Shown here: piece after piece, positions 36,293-47,410 of the stretch | Numbering within the stretch: the first letter of the stretch is position 1 | Layout: each line of letters opens with the position of its first letter | Origin: Eutreptiella sp. 'Long Island Sound 2002' | Lineage: Eukaryota; Protista; Euglenida | Assembly (NCBI GenBank): GCA_964036045.1 | Contig: OZ038378.1 | Coordinates: 181,040,001-181,104,000 of the forward strand | Length of the DNA: 64,000 nt | Direction: 5' to 3' | Notes under the pieces: model-generated | The model's input: the letters and a program-made list of their open reading frames with translations, nothing else | The model's database searches: none | What the model was told of the DNA's origin: nothing | Translations under genes and position numbers: made by a program

Positions 36293-38710
36293 TGGGGTGC
36301 GTTTCGGGAAGTCCTACCGGGAAGTCCTTGGCAAAACGACATTTCCACTACTTCAAGTAGGGGTTACCAATCGGCACGAAACTTACTATTTTTCTTTTTG
36401 GGATCAATTTAAGGTAGTTGGAGGTTTTGGGTCCTCCCGGGGGGTGGATGGGACAATTTTAAATGAGGTCAGAAACCTACTTCCCGGGGACTTCCCGATG
36501 GACTTTTAGGTTTGAAACCTCGGGGGAGTTCCCAGAAAAATGACCCCGGGAAGTGACTTCGTGGTTGGACTTTAAGGTCTAAAACCCACTTACTGGTTTG
36601 GCTTACTGGGACTTTCTGGGTCCATTTTCCCATTTTTCATCTTCACCCCCATTCCCCCCTCTTCATGCCCTCTTCGCACACGAGGTTGGTTCCATCGTTT
36701 AAAAGACCCTTGCACATCCATGCTTGTCACTTTTTTCAATAAGGTTGCCACATGCCTCCCTACTTTGTCCCCGATTGGGTCAAGGCGGCTCGGAATCCGG
36801 CCGGCACCAGTGGCATCGCCGTCGGTCACTTTGACACGCTTGAGACCGCGCAGGTCCCCTCCGCCGCGAGCCGCGTCGCCTTTCGGGAAGAAACCACGAT
36901 GGGCCAGCTATCCGTGGCCCGGTGCACCCTAGGGGAGCTTGACCCGGGTGCACCTCTCCGCGCTCATCGTCACCCTCGGCCGCGTCGACACTGCCACGGT
37001 CGGCAAGGGTTTGGAGGACAACATGCCCAACATGAAGGCCAAGACGAAGAAGAGCAAGGCCGGGCCAGCGGCGGAGACGACGGATGCGGACGTCTTCGTC
37101 GCCCCAACCGACAAGGGCATCCTGTTTGCAAAGACAAAGCCTCGCGGTTCAGAGGGGCAGGGCTATGAGCCCATGGGCTACAATGTGCGCTTCTTCGACA
37201 TTCAGGATGCACATCCGTTTGCAAAGACAAAGCCTCGCGGTTCAGAGGGGCAGGGCTATGAGCCCATGGGCTACAATATGCGCTTCTTCGACATTCAGGA
37301 TGCACAGTGTGTACTGCCCGTGCACCCATTGCCCACGGCTGTGGGCCTGCGGTTTGAGGCGCCGCTCTTTGGCATCACCACCCCCGTCGCTCCCGCCCCC
37401 AACCCCATTCCGGTGCCGTTGTTGTGCCCTCTTCCGTGGGTTGGGCACTCAGTGGCCGTGGTTCCGGGTCCCAAGGTCTCGCCGGCCGTGGAGAACACGG
37501 ACCCAAAGCTGTTGCAAGCGGCATGTCATTTGGTCTTGCAAGGGGTCGTGTCGGAGGAGCGCTTGGGCCGGCTAAAGGCGGAGTACGAGGCACGGCCGTG
37601 GGATGAGTGGACACTGATCTTCAACGACACCTTCCCCTCCTCGGATCGCGGGTGATCGGCGGGTTCTCCAGGCGGCAATGGTGGCGGACGGCGACGACAT
37701 CACCACCCACGACCCCCCGGAGTTGATTTCCACAGGCGGGCTGCTATGCAAGGAGCTGGACCGGATGTACCCTTTGCAATCCCACAAGCTTGTGGTGGCC
37801 GACTACGTTGGCCTTACGGGGTACAAGCGACAACATGTCCATCGAGATATGCGACACGTACCTTTGGGCAGCCGCACAATATCTGTGTTTGGAGCCATTG
37901 AGCGGGACATCACGCACGTTGACGGATCGGAGAGCTACTTCATCGTGGAGGCCACACATGGGTTGCCACGGCCATGGCATGCAGTCCCCATTCGCCTGCA
38001 CAAGGGCAACGCTTTCGTGTTGCCGAGCAACGTCGTTCACGCTGGCGGTTGTGTCCCCTTTGGCCAGCCCAAGGACTCTCGCCGGACGATCTTCTTCTTC
38101 GGCATCTCCACCGGCGACGTCACGTACCGCTTCACCTGCGGAGTCGCCATCTCTTTTTGGGCCACACAGTCCACTAGCCCCAAGGAGCCGTCTGCTTGCA
38201 GCATGGATGGGTGTCGAGCCAAGACTGTCGCTGGGCAGTGTCTTTCTTGTGGTCAGAGTCCCCTTTGTAGCACGCATGTTGGAGACCTCTGCCCTCGGTG
38301 CGCATCCCCATCCCCTGAGGATCCCACCGCAGCCACCATCCCAGCCCCCCCGCTCCCACACCGCTGCCCTCAACAATGGCATGCTACATGCCTACCAGTA
38401 GTCCGACCTTTGTTCCGGGAAGTCAAACCAGTAAGTGGGTTTCAGACCTGAAAGTGCCACCGTAAAGTCATCGTAAAGTAGGACTTACTGGGTCCATGCG
38501 GACCGGGAAGTGACTTCCCGGTCCCATGGGACCCCCCCGCCAAAACACCATATCGGGGAGTTTGGACCCAATTCAAAAAGGTCCCACCTTCCCTCACCTA
38601 AAGCACTAAAAATCACCCCTCACTGGCCCGGGGGTCACTATGGGGGGTCCTAGGAAAATGGACCCGGGAAGTCGGGGACTTCCCGGTAGGACTTCCCGAA
38701 ACGCACCCCA
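36293..38710. mobile_element. 2.4-kb TIR element carrying a cargo gene
   Basis: Perfect 35-bp TIR TGGGGTGCGTTTCGGGAAGTCCTACCGGGAAGTCC (36293-36327 and 38676-38710); a second inner inverted pair of about 38 bp (about 36568-36606 and 38421-38459); subterminal GGGAAGT/ACTTCCC repeats; TG on both flanks. Confidence 0.88.
36752..38451 (+). pseudogene. Frameshifted 2OG-Fe(II) dioxygenase (PhyH-like DSBH) with a C-terminal Cys/His finger; cargo of the TIR element
   Basis: ORF 37678..38451 has QHVHRD (HxD), LHKGNAFVLPSNVVHAGG (distal His), RRTIFF and a C-x4-C...CxxC...CxxH...CxxC cluster. It joins upstream ORF 36939..37655 across a 10-bp near-duplication at 37644-37663. Confidence 0.65.
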
Positions 38711-41655
38711 TGAGGATGCCTGGGCAGTAGCCTCGAAGCGCTGGCAGCGCACAAAGGCATCCAGGAGGTGGCAGCGATAGTGAACCTGGGCCACCCGGAC
38801 GCGGCTCCAGCGATTGCAGGCCTGCTGAAATTGGCTGGCTGGACCGGGGAGGAACTGGCCCTCCCGGGCGCGCACCTCTCTATCATAGCGACAAGTCGGT
38901 CCAGCCAATGGGAACCTATGGAGCCGGGCCCGGTAGTATGGCCGCCGGGATACCTACTCCTACTACGGTGGTGCACCAAGGAGACTCCAGATGACAAGGT
39001 CGGTCATGGAGCTCGCCCTAGATTTCGGGTCCCATACGGGACGACCCCTGTCACCCACCCCGCAGTCGCGCTTCACGGGCTCAGAACTATCACTGCAAGA
39101 AAAGGGCCGGGTCCTCCGGTTGGCGGTCACCCTCTTGGGGAGAGCGGCAGGACGAGAATCCATCTTGCCGGCAGCAATCACTACCAGATGTCGCGCGCTG
39201 GTCCTGCTGGGAGCAGGCATGGTGGTAGGGGTGAAGGGCCGGCCGCTCTTCACCAGACCAGCTGCGGTGTGGCACCACCTGCAAAGGTTGCGCCAGTACA
39301 GTTCGGAGCGCTAGGCGCGCCAGCAACAACAGAGGGTGGCGCGGCGGCTGCACAAACAACCACGTGCGCAGGGGAAGCCAGCAGCGTCATCCGGCGACAG
39401 CTTGGGGCAGCGAGAGAGATGTCCGGGGAAAGGGGGTGCCAAGAAGACAGCCGGGGCATATGCCAGTGACTTCTACGCGGGCCCCGTCATCCCGCAGGGG
39501 GCCCGCAGAGGCCCGCAGTACCAGGTGACGGAACCAGAGGAAGACCCCATGCCAAGTGTGGGGGCAGCACTTTTCACGCCGCCACAACGCTGCGCCAAGG
39601 ACAGGCGCCCGGAGCAGCACCCCCGGCTGCCACGCCTCTGGGTTTGCCCGGCACACCGGCACAGACAGTGCGTCACATGTGCCGCGGTGGGAAGAGGGGT
39701 GCGGCATTGCTGCGCCCGTGGGCACGTTGGGCATTCCCGCCCCTCCGCGCAAGAGCGCAGCCGAGGGGCGGTACTCACCCGCAGGTCCGGTGCATGCACA
39801 CCGGGAAAGGGGGGGGGACTCCGGCGTCCAAACGACACAAGGCAGGGGTCCAGCCGGCGCTTAGGGGCCCACGAGTGCGAGCGCTAAAGAGAGTGCTGGA
39901 GGGAGGCGCCCCCCGTGCAAGCGGCCATGCCGAGGAGTGCAACGTGGCCCGCCACGGGCGCGCGGGTACGGAGGCCACCTAACCGCCCACCCCCAGAGGT
40001 TCTGACCCAGGCGAGACCCTCAATGGCAAACCTACCAGGCACCAAAAGGGCAGAGACCGTCAGGACTGCAGGCTGACCTCCATGTAACGGCACCACAGGC
40101 AGCCACGGGGATCGGTGACCCATGCGGGCCCCCCTCTTTAATGTTGTTCTACCACCATACACACGTACACACATACACACATACACACAGACACATGGAC
40201 ACACATACACACAGGGACACAGCGAGCTAGAGGTGTGTTCGTTGGCCAGGATGTGCCCAGATCGGGCATGTCTCCTGGCACATCATAGCCGAGTGGAAAA
40301 ATAGGTGAAAGAAATGTGGGGGGGGGGATGGGGGAAAATGGGGGGAAATGGGGAAGGAACGATGGGAATTCTCTTGAAGGCTGGAGGAAAATCGGGGGAA
40401 ATGGGGGAAAATAGGGAAGGAAGAATGGGATTTCACGGGGAAAATTGGGGGAAATGGGGAAAAGCGAGGGAATTGGTGGGATGGGTGTGGAAATTGCCGC
40501 GTGCTGTGTTGTCTTGCAGTCACCATGGAACACTTTGTGACATACAAGGGGATTAGGTATATTGAAATGGATAAAGGATGGTTGCTGTTGCTCTCCTCTG
40601 TTTCAATGGTGCTGTACCCATAGAGTAAATATCACTTTCACTCTTTCCAGATGGGGCAAGCAATCGAAATAATGAATGTGTAGGTTTGTTGCTATGTGCC
40701 TATGCCAAACGCCGGCAGCAAAGAGTCTCCGGTAGGATGATACCCCCTGCCGATGGTTGAGTGGATAATAGGCACCCCGGCCCCTATTCAGGCCATGCCC
40801 CGACGCCGGGACCAGTTGCACCCCCGTTTCCCCCCATTTTTCCAGTTCTACCATTTTTCCTCCCGGCACATCACACGACATCACCTGGCACACCATCATC
40901 AATCTTGCTGGGCATGTCCCAGCACTGACATTGTGTGCTGCCACTTCACTATCTCTTTTCAGGTTCAGGAAACAGCTAAAGGTATGTTGTAGTGTTGAAA
41001 GACATTCCATCCTTTCAAAATGCATCTGTACATACCCTACCAAAACACGCACCAATGATGGTTGTGCCTCCCCACTGCCCCCTGCCAATGACCAAATGAC
41101 CTCGATCGACAGAAGCAGGGGTCAACCCCAGGCATGCCACGGACACCGTTTGTATTAGAACCAGCCTTTATGGACCATCCCCTGAACTTTTGCTCCCTCG
41201 GGGGCTACCCATGCTGGTATCTGAATAAGCAGTCTGCCACTTTATGTGAAAAAGGAAGTGTGTTGTGTGTGCGGGGTGGGGCTGGGGGATTTGGTACAAC
41301 GCTTGCACCATTTTGTAGCTTGCTGCCCCAGATGCCTATATGGCAGGGCCTCTGGCAAGGCAATGGCAGCTGTATCCATATGGGTCCCTGGGTGTGCAGG
41401 GGCCCTTGGATGCTTGCTGGAATATGGCGTAACTTTGCTGTCCGCACTGTATGGACCACCACCCCTCCAACACACCTGCTCTGCCCACCACCAGATACAA
41501 CAATGGTTTGGAACTCTGTTGAAGATTACTTGCAACACCACTAGAGTCAAGCGTGTGGCAGCACACTTGACCACTTCGCTGCCAAGCCCATTTTTTGGCG
41601 CTCGTTATCGCACTGCGTGATCGTTGAAGAGAACTGTTTTGTTGATCGGACCCAA

Positions 41656-41881
41656 ATGTCGATTCACTTGCTCCTGATCCTGACAGCCTGGACCCTATTC
41701 GGGTTGGAAGTGGACGGCACAACACTCCCCAACGTCTCCTCTGCTCTCTGCCCCTCCTTTCGTCGTGTGCTTGCCGTTGCTGCCCGGAATTCTGGCAACA
41801 TCGTTGTCGTTGGCCGCCACCGCGTCGGCAATGGCCTCTCCTTCGACCACCCCGGCACTGCATTCAGTTTCTCCGTTTCAG
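41656..41881 (+). CDS. CE2-type SGNH esterase, exon 1 (signal peptide and start of the N-terminal domain)
   Basis: MSIHLLLILTAWTLFG signal peptide; VVVGRHRVGNGLSFDHPGT resembles the CE2 N-terminal GR...FDWPG motif; CAG|GTGTGG phase-1 donor. Confidence 0.75.
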
Positions 41882-42439
41882 GTGTGGTTTGGCTGTGATG
41901 CTTGTGAAATGTCGAATTGACCCGTTGCTTTGACACTTCAGGTTTCCCTGCCCATCCATTAGCCAGGCCCAAACGCACAGCCACAGCCTGGGCCATGGGG
42001 AACATGTGATGGTGTGTGTTGTGCTGCACTGGTTCCTTTCGTGCTGCAGGCCAACTCATGCGTTGCTTTACTGTTGTGAAAATGAAAAAGCCACTGCTCG
42101 CTGCCACTGCCAAGGATCTGACCGCAACGGCATTTTTGGCACACAGACTCTGCAATGGGAAAGCTATATCAACCATTTACAATGAGGCACAGAAGGCTGC
42201 TAGAGTGATTTTGAGTGCGTCATTTTTGATTTTCTGGCCGCATGGGTGTACACAGGAGGAATGGGTCAGGTCCACGCGGAGGAAAGAGTATGGGAAGTTT
42301 GCAGCTACGGAATCTCATCTGCCATATGCCACTCAGCGACAATTTTAGTGAACGGGAAGAATGGGGCCTCTTGCAGGGAAATACTCTGTGTCTGTGTCTG
42401 TGCGCGCGTGCGTGCGTGTGCTGTACGGTGTGCATGCTA

Positions 42440-42441
<2 letters not shown>

Positions 42442-42507
<66 letters not shown>
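42442..42507 (+). repeat. (GT)n dinucleotide microsatellite
   Basis: Directly visible; inside the CE2 intron. Confidence 0.97.
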
Positions 42508-42508
<1 letters not shown>

Positions 42509-43754
42509 GTGGTCTCCAGGGTTGGGAACTGGCTGAAGATGCATGCATACTGGCAGCAGGGACAGTACAGCTCGTGGATCCTGCCCGCGGACCTTGTGGT
42601 ACAGGGAGTTGGTGGCGCATGGAACAATGACTTTCAGTGCATTGAGACCATTAGGACCAGCTCCTGCACTGGTGCAGACGACTGTGCTTGTACGCAGCAG
42701 ACCAATGTGTGTGCGTAGCCCGCCGGTGATGGTGTGCTTCTTACGGAACCATTTCTGGTGGTTGACCTGCATGTTCTCCTCACCCCCCCTCCCCCCCCAC
42801 GAATTCGCAGAGAGTGCTGGGATAGGAAGCAAGCAGTAGGGCCCGAACTCCATGAGTGGTGTGAAGTGACGAGATCACACGTGGCGTAGCATAGTGCAGA
42901 AAGGGTCAGGTCCGCAGAAGCCGCCTGACCCAGCAACCTGGTTGTGACTGTCTTTGTACCTGACCCCATTCGAAGGAGCCTGACCTGCCTATGTGGCAGT
43001 GCAGTGCCTCATTCTGCCCTCCAGTTACCAGGAGCACGGACATCTGCTGGCGCCTGCTTCCTGCAGAAAGGCGCCTCTTGGCGTTGAACATGTCTTTTGT
43101 TTTGACTCCAACTGACGAGGATTCACACTCAGCCACTATTGTTGTGCTGTGTTTCGCAATCGCGCGCGCGTGTGTGTGTATGCCAAACTTCTGTTTTGGC
43201 CGTGACGAAGTGTGTGTGCCAAACAGTGTGTGCACCATGCAGTGTCGTGCATGCCATGCAGTGTATGCATGCTATACACTGTGAGTGCTATGCACTGAGC
43301 CTGTGCAGCTTCTGTGCAATGCGGTTTCTGTGTGCTATGTGCTGTGTAATGTACGGTGTACGATGCAGCGTGTGTGTTATACATAATGTGTGTGCTGCAC
43401 AGCGTGTGTGCTATAGAGTGTGTGCGTGGTATACAGTTTGTGCATGCTGTGCAGTGCGTAGGTGCTTTGCCGTGTGCTAGTGTGTGTGTGGGGGGGGGGC
43501 ATGCAAAGCACACTCTGCACAGCATGTGCCACCTGCTGCAGTCACCCCGCCACAGTACTGCGCATTCCCGCAGTGTGTGCCCCACCGTCGTCTCTGCCTC
43601 TGTATATGAGACAAATGTAAAAGGTAAAAAATTCGATATCTAGCCTTTTGTAGTCCTTGTCAAGTAGATGTGGCTGAGTCTAAAATTCGTAGGTATAGGT
43701 TCGGTTTTCTTGGGTTAGTTTTACCAAATGTTCATATTTTTCACTCTGTGCCAG

Positions 43755-44827
43755 GCACCGAAGTGGTCTCAGCGCACCTGTCTCAAGCGGGGGCCCACGG
43801 AGAGTGGTACCAGGCCAACTACTTTCTCGTTTCCGTGGACGGCCGCATCGTCCCCTCCTCTGCCTTCAACACGTCCGGCTGGCCCCCCATCCTCCGCTCG
43901 CAGCGCGTCATCACCGTCCCCCTGGCCTCGGGCCTCGACGCCTCCTCGAGCCACGTCATCCGCGTCTTTAAGTCCACCGAAGCCCAGTACAACCAGATCC
44001 ACGTCAGGCCCAACTTCGTGACCCTGCACGCCCTCGAGGGCGGCCCGGCCATGCGGCTGGCACCACCGCCCCCCCTGCCGTCGAGGAGGCTTGAGTTCTT
44101 GGGCGACAGCATCACGTGCGGATACTGCAACCTATGCCCCCCTCCCAGTGCCCTACCCCCCACTGGGGGGCCGGTGCGGGGGGCAGAGAGGGAGGGAGGG
44201 AGGGAAGGGGGTTGGCTGTCGCAACCCGACGGCCCTCAGCTGGAGTCCTTCGAGCGCTCCTGGGCGAACCTCGTCTGCGAGGGGCTCGGCGCCCAGTGCC
44301 ACACGGCGGCGTGGAGCGGGTTTGGCCTGGTTGAGAACTGCTGCGGCGGCGCGACGCTCGCGCGCGACATCTGGCGGCGCACCCTCGCGACCGTGGGCAA
44401 CGCCGACGACCCCGGCGACCCCCACGGGACGGTGCCCGGCAACGAGTGGCGCTTTGCGGCCTGGGTCCCCGACGCCGTCGTCATCAACCTCGGCACGAAC
44501 GACGGCCTGGACCGGCGGCACCGACGGCACCTGGTCCCCCGGTACAACGCCACGTTCCTCACGCTCGTGGAGGAGGCGGCCAAGCAGTACGGGGCCCGGA
44601 CCCACTTCTTCTTGGCCTGCGGCCCCATGTCCACTGCGTATTGTGATGCCGCGTTGTGGGTCATTGGCCAGGCCGCAGCCCGAGGGATACGGGCCCACTT
44701 TCTCGATCAGCGGGGGTTCTTGTCGGGCAAGTTCGGACCGGCGTGTTGTGGGCACCCCTCGGCAGAGGTGGACGCTGCAATGGCACGCAGCGCCGCAGGT
44801 TTCATTCAGAGCGTCTTGGGCTGGTAG
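43755..44827 (+). CDS. CE2-type SGNH/GDSL carbohydrate esterase, exon 2
   Basis: CTCTGTGCCAG|GC acceptor (phase 1); motifs RRLEFLGDSITCGY, AWSGFG, PDAVVINLGTND and CCGHPS (Cys in place of the SGNH Asp, typical of CE2). Confidence 0.88.
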
Positions 44828-47113
44828 ATCAATCTGGGCCCGAACCCTCGGTCCGCCGTGCCGTGGGTGTGATGGCTGGATCGGAACGCAGTGCCCATTT
44901 GATGTGGTGCGTGGGGTTTTGCCAGTGCGTCTCCTGGCATTGCCCCGGCGGCCGGTGGTTTACTTGCGGCAGGGCACGATAGCGCCGCTGTTCAGATGAG
45001 GACCTTCAGAGGATGCCATGGATACAGTGCACATGCACTGCGGACTTGTGGTGCCATGGCGACTGCTGTCAATGCCGCAAGTGGCCCTGCTGACCTCCGT
45101 TACCGGGCTCCCCACAGTCACCAGAACGTTCCGAGTGTGCTTAACTTGATCCTCCCCGGCAGCTTGAGACGGATGTAGATAATGTGCGCAGCCTTTATCC
45201 ACTGCGCATGCTCGATCAGAGGTGCTGCCCCCGGCCATGACCCCGTGTTATTGCAATCCAATTTTGACTGTGCTGGTGCTTTGCAATTGGCGACGGGGTT
45301 GTCGTTTGTTTGGTTGATATTGTTCCTCCACGTGTCACAGATGTGGTGAGGCAACGCAGACTGAACTGCAGTCACTGCTTCTTGCGACTGTAGCGGATGG
45401 TCAATGGTGCAGGCCCAGCAGGGGCTGGGCGCATGGTCAATGGTGCAGTAATGGTACAGCAACCATCCAGGACCCATCTGAAAATAACAGTAACCATCCA
45501 GAGCCTGCAGACGTACCTTTGACAGCCACCACTTTGTTGGAAGTGATGTTGCTGATGGTGCCTCCGCCGAGTTTCCCCAGCCGAGCCTCTTCCTGTGGTT
45601 TGACTCAGCCCAGGTACCCAAAGGTGGGACCATGACTGAAGTCTTGCATGTGTACATATGTCATGAGATTGGTGGGTGCCCTGCATTGCAGCCCCAGGCT
45701 TTCCATGCTTTGGTTCAGTGACTAATAATGGTTTGGACGCTCTGTCTAATGCACCCTGAAACTAAGGCCTTCGGTGTGCAATGCAAAGGAGGGTAGTGTC
45801 AGGGTTGGGTGAAGTATGGAACAGTGGTCGCGGAGTACTTCCGCTCTTTGGCCTCTTAAAAGCATTCTGAGCTGTTGTTCATGCCAATGAGGGTGAACAA
45901 GAATCCAGAACAGGGGCCCACCCACTGTTGGGCATGTTGGGTGGCAGCAGTGATGGCCCGCTGAGCTTGTACAAGGCTGCCATGATAGGTCCTCAAGGAG
46001 GTGCGGTCAGATGCAGAGGGGTTAGGTGGCCTACCCTTGGCAAGCCTCTCTGTGTGAGGCGCAAGAGGCACTTTTTTTTTTTTGGTTTGGGTTGCTAACA
46101 CTTTTTTTTTTTGGCCTTAAGTCGCATATGGGAAAAGCTGAAAATGGTGTGGGTATGCAACCTATGCCAATCAGAAATGCGCGATTTAGAGAGTACGTTA
46201 GCGCGCCGGGCAAAGTCTTCCCACGCTTTGGTGTGGCCCCTCGAGTTGGGGTTAAGGACTCCCACTCTTTGGTGTGGCCACTTGAGTGGTCCGTCACGCA
46301 CAAGAGGGGGATTCTTTGATTTTGAGGTGGGTGGCCATGATGGGGCCTACAAGGGTAGGGTGCATGTGATCATCCCATTTGTTGGGCGAAAAAGTGGGTA
46401 GTTATTTGATTGCCAACAGTCATACAACGTGCTTGTGCTTAGGGTTCGTGCGCCAGAGGAGGGAGTGATGTTTTGGGGGAAAGCATTGTGATAGATGGAC
46501 GGAACATACCCTCGCCGGGCAAACATACCCTCTTCCGCCACTAGCATTCCAACCAAAAGTAAATGCGACCTACATCCTAAAAAAAGTGCAACCCGCGTCC
46601 ATAAAAAAAGTGCATGCAACCTATGGCAGAAAACAAAATGAAAACTGCTAGCATGTCTCTACTTTTAGAGGGCTATGCTGTCCACTCTCAATCATCCCCA
46701 CCTTGGGGACGCTGAGATGGCACAGGTTTTTGTAGCTACTTGGATCTCCACCTTTTTTTGGAGGTTCACCATGGCACAAGTTATGCAACGTCTTTTGGGG
46801 TGTTGCGCAAGCAAGTACAGACTGTGGCCTAGCTGCACCATTTGGCGACCCATTGCTCCTACGAGGGGAAGATGGATGTATCAACTGGACACTCTAGTCC
46901 ATGTGCAGCTTGCACTGGCTTGTGAGAGTCCACCAAGTTGGGGGACTAGATGCGCACTGCCATGTACATCTCCACATTCATCATCCTCCATATCAAAGGG
47001 AGCTCTTCAACAGGACATTTCCTCTTTCAGCTACAAAACTGGTCACATCCAGTGCACCTTTTCAAACTTTCTTTTATTCAACCACAACACTTGGTCGCCC
47101 CCCACTATGTCCC

Positions 47114-47410
47114 AAGGCTAAGGCTATAAAGGCTACGCCGAAGGCAAAGATGCTAAGGATGAGAGGCTAAGGCTAAGGCTTAGAGGCTAAGGCCCAAGCT
47201 AAGAGGCTTAGACTAGGAGGCTAAGGCGAAGGCTAGGAGAAGCTAAAGCTAAGGCTATCAGGCCAAGGTCAAGGATCACAGGCTAAGGCTAAGGCTAAGA
47301 GGCTAAGGCTGAGATGCTAAGAGGCTAAGGCTAAGAGGTTGAGGCAAAGAGGGAAGGGTAAGCCTAAGAGGCTAAGCCTAAGGCTAAGGTGCTCAGGCCT
47401 AGAGGCTAAG
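47114..47410 (+). repeat. Degenerate (GGCTAA)n hexamer array
   Basis: Visible 6-bp periodicity. Confidence 0.85.

Larger units (their letters stand above)
35026..40225 (+). mobile_element. Degenerate GC-rich element with an ORF1/gag-like frame and an (ACACAT)n-like tail, interrupted by two insertions
   Basis: A coiled-coil plus SYAEAA segment (35823-36292) resumes in the same frame after 38712. Later come an ELM2-like RRGPQYQVTEP and a CPAH..QCVTC...HCC..GH finger (about 39500-39735). It ends in a CA-rich tail at about 40150-40225. Confidence 0.45.

Noticed and set aside
37678-38451. Calling the dioxygenase TET/JBP outright
   Set aside because: Only the generic HxD...H...R signature is visible, and the HAGG/R..F spacing fits PhyH-like enzymes better; a profile search is needed.
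43670-43754. MAESKIRRY... start of the 385-aa esterase ORF
   Set aside because: AT-rich intron sequence ending in an acceptor; the real N-terminus is exon 41656-41881.
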